From Spongospora subterranea f. sp. subterranea (Eukaryota): DNA of 64,000 bases. Every line of letters begins with the position of its first letter. Position 1 is the first letter of the stretch. Under the pieces are notes generated by a model, which did no database searches, was not told the DNA's origin, and saw only the letters and a list, made by a program, of their open reading frames with translations. Location of the stretch: the NCBI GenBank assembly GCA_049724395.1, contig JAUGWO010000107.1, positions 62,001 through 126,000 of the forward strand, in the 5' to 3' direction. This document shows, piece after piece, positions 50,060 through 63,075 of this stretch. Both the position numbers and the translations under genes were made by a program.

Positions 50060-51884
50060 ATGAAAGGTCATTCAGTAGCCTTATTTGTGTTAGTGGGTGC
50101 CCTCGTGTTCGTAAACATCGCTTATGCCCAGTGTGGGCGCGCTCCACGTCCTGACAACCGCTGTGGACCCAGATACGGATTTGCTGACTGCAGACCACGT
50201 CAATGCTGCGATGAGGCGGGAAGGTGACTTCGTTGCTTAGCTAACTGGTCCGGCATCAAATTGTTGAACAGTTGCGGCGCGACGCCTAGACACTGTCGGC
50301 ACAATGAATGCGAAGTCGACACGACGTTTTTGCGCATGCTGCTCGAGAACGATGACGACTCTCGGCGCAATGCTCGAAGGACAGGTCCCAGTAACAGTCA
50401 ACCTCCTAGGCGAACGGATCGTCATGGCGATGGTCGCCGTCCAAGCCGTGACGATGACGACGGTAATGACATTCCTCCTCGGCGAACAACACGCCAAGGC
50501 GATAGTCGCCGCCGTGATCATGCCGATAACACTCCTCCTCGTCGGACGACACGTCAAGGCGATGGCCGACGACCTAACCGTGACGACTCCAACGTTGACG
50601 ACATTCCGAATCGAAACCGTCGGCCACCTTCTCGACCTCCTCGTCAAACAACTCGTCGCGAGGCACAAGCGTCCGACGGATTGGGACCACGCGTTTCGAT
50701 CATGAGCCTAACAGATCGTCAATTACTTGAGCTTCGTGAAGCCATGACTAGGTTCATGGAAGGTGGAGTAAATAGTGATTATGTGAGGCTGGCAGCTGAT
50801 CATGGCCGGCCTAACTATTTCTGCCCGTAAGCTCTCTTTGCCTATCTTGTCTTTTTGCATCATCTAATATCTATTCAGCCACGGTAGTCTCGATTTTGTC
50901 GTATGGCATCGGTGGGCAGCATTTCTATCCCTACATATCTTCAACTGATTTACGGTTGGGTTTGCAGGCGGTATATTGGACGATTTGAGAAGGCTATCGG
51001 CATGGCGCTTCCATATTGGGATTGGACAACTGACCCTCTTCCCGAAGCGTTTACTAATCGGACATACGTCAATAGCAAGGGTAGATTTTTACGTAATCCT
51101 CTGTTTAGTGGAATTATACCCGAACGAGGCCAAACCACCCGATCTGTCAGACCAGATTTACCTATGCGGAGCTTCGGGGCAACAGTCGCACGAGCTCAAG
51201 CTCAAAGTTCTTTCAGAAGATTCAGTTCGACATTAGAATCCGTTCACGATTCGGTATCAATGGATTTGCAATTTCCTTAAGGTCGGGGTCTTATGTACGG
51301 CTTAGATTCATGGTGGTCTGGGCGGGTCTATGGCCATTGTAGGAATTGCTTCATACGATCCGATTTTCTGGTTTCACCACTCGTTCGTTGACATGTTATG
51401 GTGGCGCTGGCAGTTAAGGAACCCAGATGCCGAATACAAAGGGGAGGCAATAGGCGATATTAAAGACTCGGCTGGGGTTGGCAACGGCAGAGCAATCATC
51501 GCCGACACGTCCGCCTGGCGTCGTGGACGTTCGCGAACTCAAGTCCGGCAAGCGGAGAGCAGTTCTGCGAGCGATGCCTTCACTGAACCGCAGCTATTTC
51601 TGATTATTAACAACGTTCCGGCCGTAAAAGAGTCAACGAAGATTGTAGTGACCGTGGACAATATTGAATTAGGGTCTGCGATTGGATTCGGTATGGGCGC
51701 TATGAAGAAACCGATGTCCAAGCAGGTGGTCATTCCAGTCACTGAATCTTATCAAAAAAAGTTCTGGGGAAAATCCACAACAGAACTTACTAAGAGAGCA
51801 AAAGTAACGAGAACAACAACCGACAACAAACATATTGAGAATCTCAATGACATGAGTGTTATTTTGAAATGGGAGACCGTCTAA
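50060..51884 (+). CDS. Secreted tyrosinase/polyphenol oxidase with an N-terminal hevein (CBM18) chitin-binding domain and an R/D-rich linker
   Basis: Signal peptide; DNRCGPRYGFADCRPRQCCDEAG.CGATPRHC; CuA ADHG..CP|HGSLDFVVWHRRY and LPYWDW; CuB ESVHDS|IHGGLGG.M..ASYDPIFWFHHSFVD; four introns. Confidence 0.9.
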
Positions 51885-52196
51885 ATGGTAATCCGTTCAC
51901 TCGATAGAGTAATCAATACTAGCTGATTACTTCGCATAATCATAATAAATGTGAAATATGGATTAACATAAGTCATTGGATCGCGACTTACCGTGCCCAG
52001 ATTGACGGTTGGATTGGCGACAAGTCACTGGATGATGGCGCAGTGTTACGGACTTACCGTACTGTCGAGGGAATCCGCGGAATGGGATCAGGGCAGGTTG
52101 CGCCATTTTGGACCATCTCTGGACTGGACCTGAAGGAATAATTCAGACCTGGCACAGCCCCGAGGGTCCATTCAATCAGGGTGTCTGAGAGGGTCC

Positions 52197-55040
52197 ATGA
52201 CATATCTGGAGATACTGGGTGGGGCGCCCGGCACGCCCTGCTCCGTATATCTGGTCACCGACCATCGCAGATACCTGTTCAATGCCGGTGAGGGAATACA
52301 GGTTCGACCTATGATAACACATCTATACACAAAGGGGGTTCACGCTCTTCGTTCCATATACCATTTTCTCAGATCCGTTAATCGAATAAATCGGTTTTTG
52401 ATCTCGTTATGCTGGACTTCTAACTCAAACCAGATTTTCACAGTTAACACGTTCGGCTTTTATTGAGGTTTGGTTAAACGTTTTTTTTGCTGGCTTCAAC
52501 CCTGTCGATTTCAATTTCGTGTAATTATATAGCTACGTCCCAATTGATTTGTTTTTCGTAGAGGTTCTGCACGAGCCATAAGGTCCGTTTGGTGAAGTTA
52601 AGTGATATATTTATCAGTCGATTATCAATCAGTCAACTTGGTGGTGTCCCTGGTCTCTTTTTAACCCTATCCGATATCGGCATCTCTGATCGGGTTATGG
52701 TTCATGGCCCTGGCAATCTCAACTCTATCATAGCCGCTACCCGCCTTTTCGCCTCCCACGCCACCGCCATTCTCCAAACTAATGAAATCGATACCTCCTC
52801 CTCAAGCATTTTCCCCATTTTCCACGATGACAACATCTCGGTTCGTGCTCTTCCGATCCGTCCTGAGCATTCCCGTAAACGACGCTCAGAGGATATTCCT
52901 TTTCCTGATCCCGATCTTGAGCTTCTCCAGTCGTCCAACGCTAACGATGTGCCTGTTGTTGTTTACATTATTCGCTTGAGCGACACTCCCGGCAAATTCG
53001 ACGCCGCTAAAGGCCGGGCCTTGGGCATGAAACCTGGTCCAGATTTTGCCCGCCTCGTTCTTGGAGAACAGATTACATTGGATGATGGGCGTGTCATCAA
53101 TCCCGAAGATGTTGTTGGCCCATCACGTCCGGGTCAGGTCTTCCGCTATTGTCGATTGCCCATCCGACGCATATATCCCCGGATTATCATTGTTGAACTC
53201 AATCCCCGATTTGATGTTGATTGTGCATTTGTCCCCACGAACCGAACGTTATCGGCAGTGGATGCAATCATTTCCTGCTCGAGTTCAGCATATGGCGTCG
53301 GGCGATCTGTCCAGGACCGCTGCCATCGCAACGTTTGCGTCGTCGGCAGCGCATCAAGTCATGATGAATCGTATTAGTTCAGAATCGTTCCCGATCTGCC
53401 CCTGGTCGGCCGATGGTGAATCTGATGTAGAAATGGCGCCACCATTGACTAAATTTGTTTTTGCCCCGCATAAAAACTGTGGGATTGATCGATCAGAGAC
53501 CAATAATCAACTCGATATTCGACAGGTAGTTTGTTAAACAGTTATCCTTTTCTGTTATCACAAATTGTCGAAGTTGTATTACTGGAACATTTGACGTACT
53601 ACTCGATAACAAACGTTGTCTTTCCAAGAAATTTTTCATTTTTTCTTCGCTTGACATTATCATGTGTTAGTAAGGACCGATTTCTATACAATATTTCAAG
53701 ATGTCTAGTTTTAACTTCAACCCTTTGCATTCAGTTTGCTGAGTTTTTTCTTTAGTTGGAGGCACATATGGAATCGATTCCAGAATTGTCTGTTGCGATT
53801 GCGACCGCTCATCAAGCCCAGCGTTCGCTTCCCGTGGCGCCGTCCATGAGCCCAACGTTGACTTTTTTGGGGACCGGAGCAGCGGCCCCTTCGAAATATC
53901 GCAGCTCGAGCGCCATCGATCTGCTGATTCCCTCCTATGGTGTTCGGTTGCTGATTGATTGTGGCGAAGGGGCCTTGGGGCAGATGCACAGGATTATCCC
54001 AGAGAAAGAATTCCCGTCCTATATGGCCTCATTGCGAGTCGTATGGATTTCGCACAAGCATGCAGATCATCATGTAAAATTACCTTTCGTATTTTGTCAT
54101 TATGTTGTTATGTTTTACCAAAAGTTGAAATAGTTATGCGGATTCGTCATTTTGGGAGTTTCATTCTTTGATGTTTCAAATGTTGCCAGAATGGTTGGTT
54201 GGTTAACGAAGGACTTTTGGCTAATACTGTCAGCATCTTCTGCAGACAGACTTATGGGTTCCTTTTCCATGATAGGTCGGCCTTCTCAACGTTCTTCGTT
54301 CGCGTCGTCAACATACTGCAAATGACGTAACGGTGATCGCTCCTAGCACCGTCCTCGAATGGATGCGGTCCTTTGTCGCCAACGCTGATGATGACATCCG
54401 CTGTCATTTGGTTGACTGCCGAGACGCCCTAGCGTCCACGATTCTGTCGCCATTTGGGATCACGTGTCTGCAATCTGTTCCCGTCCTCCATTGCAGTAAC
54501 TCGTTCGGCCTCGTGCTTGATCATTGTGATGGATGGCGGTTTGTGTACTCTGGTGATACGCGTCCATGCCAGGCGTTGATCGATGCAGGAAGCAACGCAA
54601 CGGTACTTGTACATGAGGCGACATTCGAAGACGATCTTCAGGACGAAGCCATTCTGAAGAAACATTGTACAACAAAGTCTGTTTCTCGAAATGTTTTGAT
54701 TTTGTTCAGATGCTTTGCATCTGTTCGTATTCTGTCTCTGTCTTGATTGCATCAAAAAGATTTATCCCCTCTACAACTCGCTCAACATCGGGCCAGTACT
54801 GAATGTTGTTTTTTTAGGGAGGCTTTGGATGTTGGGAGGCAGATGAATGCGGCAGAGACGATTCTGACCCATTTCTCGCAGCGATATCCCAAGATACCCA
54901 CCGCTACGACTGTGGCGGCCGCCTCTTCCTGTGTGGCGTTCGATCTGATGCGTATCCAGTTTGGTCGCCTGGCAATCCTGCCATCGTTATCCATTGCTCT
55001 GGATCTGCTTTTCTCAAGGCATCTGCCGAGTTCCTCGTAG
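52197..55040 (+). CDS. ELAC2: Long-form tRNase Z (ELAC2/Trz1), with an apparent +1 frameshift near 53143
   Basis: RYLFNAGEGIQR, GGVPGL, GKFD..GP exosite, FLGTGAAAPSKYR, IDCGEG, SHKHADHH, YSGDTRP, HEATF and LTHFSQRYPK. Confidence 0.93.
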
Positions 55041-55614
55041 CTTTTTGTTTTGTCAATCATCTATCTACAACTTAACATTAATTGTTTGCGCGTTTTCTTT
55101 TAATGAATCGATATTTAGCTACACAGTTTATCTCGACATTCATGATAAGGAGTATTCCGGAAATGTTGGCGAATTCAACGGGTTTATAAATGGATACGCC
55201 ATGAGGAAGGTGAGTCTGACAAGATATCCAACATTATTCTTAGTTATGATGAACATCTGGTCTGAAAATCAACCCAAACGCGTTTTTGAGACAATAGTTC
55301 TTAGCCAATTCAAAGGTGTACAGAACCCAAGGTATCAAGTCATGTCTTCCTGTAGTCAAATCTGCTTTCATCATAAACCCTAGTTCCAATAACATCAAAA
55401 ATATGTTTTTGACCACCAACCCCTGCAGGGTTTGGAATTTTGGGCGAGAGATTACAGTCTGGAATATGACGTCTCACACTTTAGCGTGGCAGACCAAAGC
55501 TTTAACTTGGGTGCCAATGGTTGCCCTGAGGATCAAGCCTCGCCTGCACATTATACGATATCTTTTGCCGACTGGCACTTGCACCACCATGTCAGCAACA
55601 GTTTTGACCTGAGT

Positions 55615-56146
55615 AGGTCAATTTCACCCGCGGAATGACGATCGGTCACAATGTCAACTCATCCCGATGTCTGCACTGTCATATCACCAATGATCGTAAA
55701 GTCAATTTACCCGTTTGATAACGTGTTGGCTGCGCTGACATGTCACCATATTGAATTTATAACAACTCGCGTAGTTTTTCAAAATACTTGCCATGTATTC
55801 AACTCAAGAAATGATTGAAGGTTAGGATGGCACCTATTGAACACTTCGATCTTCAGCCAGGTACAACCGAAGGAAGAACGATTGCTGAGGAGTAGTACAG
55901 CCTGCAAATGCAGAGGGAAATTGCTGAGATCAATCAATTGCATCCAGGATACGAAGATTGCTTCCAGGAATTTTGAATACAAATTTGCATAATTGGTTTT
56001 GGTTATCTGCAAAAAGTTGTACACACGACGATACTATTGGGTAAAAGGGGTGATTCTGGCTACTGCCTTGATTTCAGCAATTTCCATCTGGAATTTGTTA
56101 GATGGTATTCTGCTTGTGTTCGTCCTTCATATGTACCTGGCTGAAA
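55615..56146. repeat. ~520-bp dispersed direct repeat, copy 1
   Basis: aggtcaatttcacccgcggaatgacg...catatgtacctggctgaa is nearly identical to 60737-61249 apart from small indels. Confidence 0.93.
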
Positions 56147-56274
56147 GGGTCCAATTGGATCACGATCATGTGCTGTTACATTTGTTCATTATCACATCCC
56201 ACTACGATCACCGGGAATAAAGGGACTTTATCGAGATGGCGCACCCCGGCGCACAACAGACTTTTGATCCTGCA

Positions 56275-56430
56275 GTGGCTCCGTAGTGGCACCCATGTTG
56301 AAGAAATCAATCTCAGCAAAACTCAATGCGGCACTATTGTGCCTCCCGTGGCTCCGTAGTGGCACCCATGTTGAAGAAATCAATCTCAGCAAAACTCAAT
56401 GCGGCACTATTGTGCCTTCCGTGGCTCCGT
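56275..56430. repeat. ~73-bp tandem duplication
   Basis: gtggctccgtagtggcacccatgttgaagaaatcaatctcagcaaaactcaatgcggcactattgtgcct occurs twice. Confidence 0.9.
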
Positions 56431-57239
56431 CACGGGCGTATGAAGGATGAGCAAGTCAGACTGGTTCGGTGATACGGTTCTGCGCACGTCTAGTGGCCGA
56501 TTTCAAGTATTCACATACTATTTGGGCACGTGGATGCATGTTACAACATCGCCTGCATCCATGGGCACGCCAGCTTTGGATCGCAAAGCAGTACAGCTGG
56601 ATCCCCCTGATGTAGAGCAGCTGAAATCAATGACAAGTCGACATCTGTCCCTTTCACGCCCAGTGCGCTCAATTCGGTATAGGTCTTTCTAACGTTTGCA
56701 AACCGGCATTAACAAACGTTGACTAATCGCATGCAAACTGGAACTGACCCAATAAGCAGCCGATGCGTTCATGTAGCGCATTGGATGCATAGTAAGCAGT
56801 CTAGAGTGTCGTCAGATTCGATGGCCGGATCCTGTCGGGCCAGCTCGACCAACAAATGTTACTCCCATGCGGTGCCGCCGAGTCTTATCAATTTATCAAT
56901 GGATTGATGAATGCCCGTGTGGCACACAGAGGCCACACTCACTGTTCCGTCAATCGGTGGAGGGACCGTGTGCCCATGCAGCTGAGTCGTTACTGACCAT
57001 AACCGCAATGGTACATCGTGCGTTTCGCGTTTTCGATTTCGAACTATCTTAGTAATTCGGTTTCGTAGGTAGCGTGCCCGCGGTTTCGTATTACGCGTGG
57101 CTGGCCTAGTGAGGAACCGGCGAAAGCCCTGGTGTCCGAGGGGCACGCCTCTATCGCCGAAATAATGTATCAAAACAATAGGGGACGTTCCTAGTGTTCG
57201 TGCTAAAATTTTTTAGAAACTCGGTTTCATAGGTGAAGT

Positions 57240-57832
57240 GCCCTCATTTCCGCAGGTCGCGGGATTGGGAGAAAGAATCTGATGATAGTGTGAGTCTTTC
57301 GTTTTCTAGGAACTCTGTTACTCTGTTTCGAGAATGATCATTGTAATGGCACATGGGTCTGATGTAGTTTGTAATCGATGATTGCAGAGGGTCGGCCGAT
57401 CCACAAACCGCTAACCCGACGGCGAGTCCCACACGCCCCGAACTGCTCCGACAGAGCGTGCAACCACGCGGCCAGGTTATTTACAACCTCAGGCAGATGA
57501 ATAAGCCCACTTACGAGTATTGAAATAGGGGTTGACGTTAGCGGAAGCCAGTCGAAATGGCGATCGCTGGTGACCGTTCCTTGTGCGCGGTCATCAACCA
57601 TGTTTTGACACTGTTGCCAAATGCAGCGGTGTCATGTAGGTCTACATTGGCAGCGTTCTGGAAGGCTATGACAATGTAAGGCGGCACCTAGGTGCCTCCC
57701 GTGGCTGACATGTGGCACAAAGCCAGTGAAAGCGGGTGTTCGTACAAGTTCGCCTGCAACAAACCAAGCTGTAACCATGTACAACATCATCATGTTATCG
57801 TTCAAACTGAAGGAATAAACGATTTTCGGCAT
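57240..57832 (-). mobile_element. Possible hAT transposase remnant
   Basis: YMVTAWF..GELVR...GFVPHVSHGRHLGAAL resembles the hAT Y..VTAHF...HTG.NLA block; the rest is too decayed to call. Confidence 0.3.
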
Positions 57833-58411
57833 TAAGAAAATAAATAAGGAGTATATTATACCTCTTTCATTGCGCTGTGAGCCTCTCGTGTTCGCACGCT
57901 TGCACGTAGTGTATTATACCTCTTTCATGGCTAAACGACGAGGCACTGTGAGCGGCCTATCCCCTAAACCGCGCGAGATGTTTGGACACTCGCACAACAG
58001 GGTACAATAATGACTGTGACACAGTCTAATAATGCACTGAAAGATATACTCCTACTTTGCACTGAGCGCGGTGGATGAGGGTTGCGGATCACGGCATTTG
58101 CCAGATCGATCGATTGTTAGTTCTGTTCTCTCTTCATCAATTTCCGGATCTATAGTCTGTCCATTCTCCTCTTACTTCTCTTGTGTCTTCTGTTGCAGTT
58201 TCAACAATGTTCCAGGTGGTGATTATATTCAACATATGCAATCATTAACGGTTCAATTAATATCTTTGTTTGTGTTTGTTTAGTCAACTATCGCCTAGCA
58301 CTTATGCTGCCGTCGCTCAGATGGCTGTATGGGAAAGGGTTTTGGCTCTAATCGCATACTGTTCATCACTTTGACTCCTCTATAGCGATTCATCAGTAAT
58401 CGCTGTTTCTC

Positions 58412-58730
58412 CCCGGTTGTCGGATGTATTAGACAGCGCCCCTGTTAATACGATGTATTCTATTAGCTTTGGTGTCATAATCGTTCATCAATACTTGTAA
58501 TTAGTGGTTTTTAATCGCAAATTCGTGCGTCCGGTGATGTTTATCCAGACGATAATGTCTCTGTTAATGCGAGGTATACCAATAGCTGTTGTGTCGTTAA
58601 TGGTTTATCAATACTTGTAATCAGTGGTTGTTAATCGCACATTCGCGCGTCCGGTGATGTTTATCCAGGCAATAATGCCTCTGTTGATGCGAGGTGTACC
58701 AATAGCTTTTGGCGTCATAATCGTTTATCT
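58412..58730. repeat. Degenerate 120-bp tandem repeat, about 2.7 copies
   Basis: ccggtgatgtttatccag at 58531 and 58651; atcaatacttgtaat recurs at the same period. Confidence 0.82.
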
Positions 58731-59497
58731 TGTTCCGTCCCGACACGTCTTTTTCCAAAGCGTCAAAATCGAACGCACTGAGAGTGCATTGAAAATATCA
58801 AAGTACGCAAGTCACTTTATTTTTTAAACGAAGGTATAAATACATTATGTTATTCAAGTGTTTCATTCATTAATTAGCGTGCGTGATTTGAAAAAATATC
58901 GTTTACATGATACATGCTCGAGCAAGTTTGATACAAATGCTGATCCTCCATTTGAACATGAAATAAAATAGAGTAGTTTGCGATGGAGTTCCGAAGAAAT
59001 CACAGGGCATTTGATGTTGACGCTTTCGAAAAGACGTCTCGGCAAATCATAGTTAACCAGTTTCCGAAAGATCCGATACCACAGTATACTGAAGGTCCAT
59101 GGAACGCACTGTGCGATATAGTTTTGCAATGATTTGACTGTGTCACAGTCATTAGTGTACCTTATTGTGCGAGTGTCCAAGCATCTCGCGCGGTAGAAAC
59201 AAGCCACCGCACTGTGAGCCACTTGTGTTCGCACGCGGGCACGTAGTGACTGCCAGACCGCTGGGCCTATCCGAGTTGCCGTAATTGTTGATGACCTAGG
59301 AAAGTATCTCATTCGTCTAATAATGGCAAAAACCAAAAGCACATCGTCGGTCAAGGCAAGCCGGTCCAATCATGCAAGTAAGAAGCGGGGGGTGTCCACC
59401 CCCAACCGTACAGCGCAGGGCCCTCACCCCCGCCAAGCCGGAGAGCGTCACCCCCGCCAAGCCGGAGAGCGTCACCCCCGCCACAGGCGCCCCAGCG

Positions 59498-60622
59498 AGA
59501 CGTTTCCGGAATCACGATGAAATCGATTAAGCAGCGGATTGCGGAATCCAATATGAAATTTACCCGAGATCATCGGTGGGGTATGCCTAAGGTGTGGCAA
59601 AGTTTTTGATCAAGTGCCTGCTATCCCTGTTTTGTGACACTAACCGTGGCATAGTGTCGTGCGTGCGTCACGCCAAGCGGTATTTAGAAAAACATGAATT
59701 ACCGGCAGATGGTAGCCGGCTTCTCAAATCAATCGTGCTCCAAAAGGGTATCGTATTGTTGGATTTCCGAAATCCTAAATGTCACAAAGGAGGTAAAAAC
59801 GTCGGGGATCCTGGCAACGGGCGTTTCTACATCAATTAAGGTTTCGTTAAACAAAGCGCTGGTGGAGATGTTTAAATCTCTAAAGCGGCTCGGTTCCATG
59901 ATACAAGCTGTTGATGAGTGGCAACCGCCAACAGACCGGCGTCGGGCCATAGATTCTCAACAGTGTTGGAATCGCTTTCGGCTGTATAATTTTGTATTGA
60001 TGCAACATTTGGAAATACTCGATTTGAACGAGGCGTTTCAAGCGTTTGACGACGCGCTATACAATGCTGTTACATCAGGTTTGTAAGGACATTCAACGAT
60101 GCGTTGTGGACTATAATGAAACATCCATTAGATCTGGATGCGTTCAAAAATACAGTTTTATCGTTGGCGGGCATTAATTATGCGCGGTTGCAACAAAAAC
60201 GCCAACCTGGCGATCCGGAACCCATGGTTCACTGATGTTTAGGGATTGAACGTCTCCACCAGCGCTTTGTTTAACGAAACCTTAATTGATGTAGCAACGG
60301 GCGTTGCCAGGATCGCCCGACGTTTTTACCTCCTTTGTGACATTAGGTTTCGGAAATCCAACAATACGATACCCTTTTGGAGCGCGATTGATTTGAGAAG
60401 CCGGCTACCATCTGCCGGTAAATCATGTTTTTCTAAATACCGCTTGGCGTGACGCACGCACGACACTATGCCACGGTTAGTGTCACAAAACAGGGATAGC
60501 AGGCACTTGATCAAAAACTTTGCCACACCTTAGGCATACCCCACCGATGATCTCGGGTAAATTTCATATTGGATTCCGCAATCCGCTGCTTAATCGATTT
60601 CATCGTGATTCCGGAAACGTCT
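59498..60622. repeat. Near-identical inverted repeat, ~385-bp arms (59498-59884 / 60238-60622)
   Basis: The arms are reverse complements; mirrored ORFs MAKFLIKCLLSLFCD appear on + (59594) and - (60526). A partial third copy lies at 60642-60736. Confidence 0.95.
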
Positions 60623-60736
60623 AAAAAAATATAAAAAAGTATCACAAAACAGGGATAGCAGGCACTGACTTTGCTTGATCAAAAAGTTTGCCACACCTTA
60701 GGCATACCCCACCGATGATCTCGGTAAATTTCATAT

Positions 60737-61249
60737 AGGTCAATTTCACCCGCGGAATGACGATCGGTCACAATGTCAACTCATCCCGATGTCTGCACTG
60801 TCATATCACCAATGATCGTAAAGTCAATTTACCCGTTTGATAACGTGTTGGCTGCGCTGACATTGTCACCATATTGAATTTATAACAACTCGCGTAGTTT
60901 TTCGAAATAATTGCCATGTATTCAACTCAAGAAATGATTGAAAGTTAGGATGGCACCTATTGAACACTTCGAACTTCAGCCAGGTACAACCGAAGGAAGA
61001 ACGATTGCTGAGGAGTAGTACAGCCTGCAAATGCAGAGGGAAATTGCTGAGATCAATCGATTGCATCCAGGAATTTTGAATACAAATTTGCATAATTGGT
61101 TTTGGTTATCTGCAAAAAGTTGTACACACGACGATACTATTGGGTAAAAGGGGTGATTCTGGCTATATGCCTTGATTTCAGCAATTTCCATCTGGAATTT
61201 GTTAGATGGTATCCTGCTTGTGTTCGTCCTTCATATGTACCTGGCTGAA
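60737..61249. repeat. ~520-bp dispersed direct repeat, copy 2
   Basis: Matches 55615-56146. Confidence 0.93.
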
Positions 61250-61443
61250 GATCCATAGGTTCCGCCTTTTCAAGATCGGAGAGAAGCGCGAAGAAAAAAT
61301 AATACCAGATGTGCCACAGAAATCCAAAGTACATCTCAGAGAAAATTGAACAGACAAATTCTTGACAGATTCTGCCTGTCCTGACCAACAGGAAGCGCAA
61401 AACAATGACCGGGACTCTAAATTTCACAGGATAACTCTATAAT

Positions 61444-63075
61444 CCACTGTTTCCAAACGGATTTGAGGGAAAGACTGACAGCTGTTCCATCACCAGTCGG
61501 ACCCCTCCACTCACACCTGACCACTGCTCCACTGTTTCCAAACGGATTTGAGGGAAAGACTGACAGCTGTTCCATCACCAGTCGGACCCCTCCACTCACA
61601 CCTGACCACTGCTCCACTGTTTCCAAACGGATTTGAGGGAAAGACTGACAGCTGTTCCATCACCAGTCGGACCCCTCCACTCACACCTGACAACTGCTCC
61701 ACTGTTTCCAAACGGATTTGAGGGAAAGACTGACAGCTGTTCCATCACCAGTCGGACCCCTCCACTCACACCTGACCACTGCTCCACTGTTTCCAAACTG
61801 ATTTGAGGGAAAGACTGACAGCTGTTCCATCACCAGTCGGACCCCTCCACTCACACCTGACCACTGCTCCACTGTTTCCAAACGGATTTGAGGGAAAGAC
61901 TGACAGCTGTTCCATCACCAGTCGGACCCCTCCACTCACACCTGACCACTGCTCCACTGTTTCCAAACGGATTTGAGGGAAAGACTGACAGCTGTTCCAT
62001 CACCAGTCGGACCCCTCCACTCACACCTGACAACTGCTCCACTGTTTCCAAACGGATTTGAGGGAAAGACTGACAGCTGTTCCATCACCAGTCGGACCCC
62101 TCCACTCACACCTGACAACTGCTCCACTGTTTCCAAACTGATTTGAGGGAAAGACTGACAGCTGTTCCATCACCAGTCGGACCCCTCCACTCACACCTGA
62201 CAACTGCTCCACTGTTTCCAAACGGATTTGAGGGAAAGACTGACAGCTGTTCCATCACCAGTCGGACCCCTCCACTCACACCTGACAACTGCTCCACTGT
62301 TTCCAAACGGATTTGAGGGAAAGACTGACAGCTGTTCCATCACCAGTCGGACCCCTCCACTCACACCTGACCACTGCTCCACTGTTTCCAAACGGATTTG
62401 AGGGAAAGACTGACAGCTGTTCCATCACCAGTCGGACCCCTCCACTCACACCTGACCACTGCTCCACTGTTTCCAAACGGATTTGAGGGAAAGACTGACA
62501 GCTGTTCCATCACCAGTCGGACCCCTCCACTCACACCTGACCACTGCTCCACTGTTTCCAAACGGATTTGAGGGAAAGACTGACAGCTGTTCCATCACCA
62601 GTCGGACCCCTCCACTCACACCTGACCACTGCTCCACTGTTTCCAAACGGATTTGAGGGAAAGACTGACAGCTGTTCCATCACCAGTCGGACCCCTCCAC
62701 TCACACCTGACCACTGCTCCACTGTTTCCAAACGGATTTGAGGGAAAGACTGACAGCTGTTCCATCACCAGTCGGACCCCTCCACTCACACCTGACAACT
62801 GCTCCACTGTTTCCAAACGGATTTGAGGAAAAGACTGACAGCTGTTCCATCACCTAATCCACGTACACCTGACCTCTGCTTTATTGTTTCCAAAAGGATT
62901 TGAAAAAAAGACTGACAGTGTTCCATCACCTGTCGGACCCCTCCACTCACACCTGACCCCTCCACTCACACCTGACCCCTGCTCCACTGTTTCCAAACGA
63001 GTTTGGGGTGAAATGAAGTGGAGATAAAAGAGACTGACAGCTGTTCCATCACCTGTCGGCCCGCTCCACTCACAA
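61444..63075. repeat. 85-bp satellite, about 16.5 near-identical units plus a degenerate tail
   Basis: ccactgtttccaaacggatttgagggaaagactgacagctgttccatcaccagtcggacccctccactcacacctgaccactgct; the ORF track repeats every 85 nt. Confidence 0.98.

Noticed and set aside
55615..61249. LTR retrotransposon defined by the 520-bp direct repeats
   Set aside because: No TG..CA termini, PBS, PPT, TSD or gag/pol between the repeats.
60950..61400. Decayed polymerase (LDFSNF-like motif) in the direct repeat
   Set aside because: Multiple stops in all frames and no supporting motifs.
61417..62816. Series of 66-aa ORFs (METVEQWSGV...)
   Set aside because: Artefact of the 85-bp satellite, whose unit length is not a multiple of 3.
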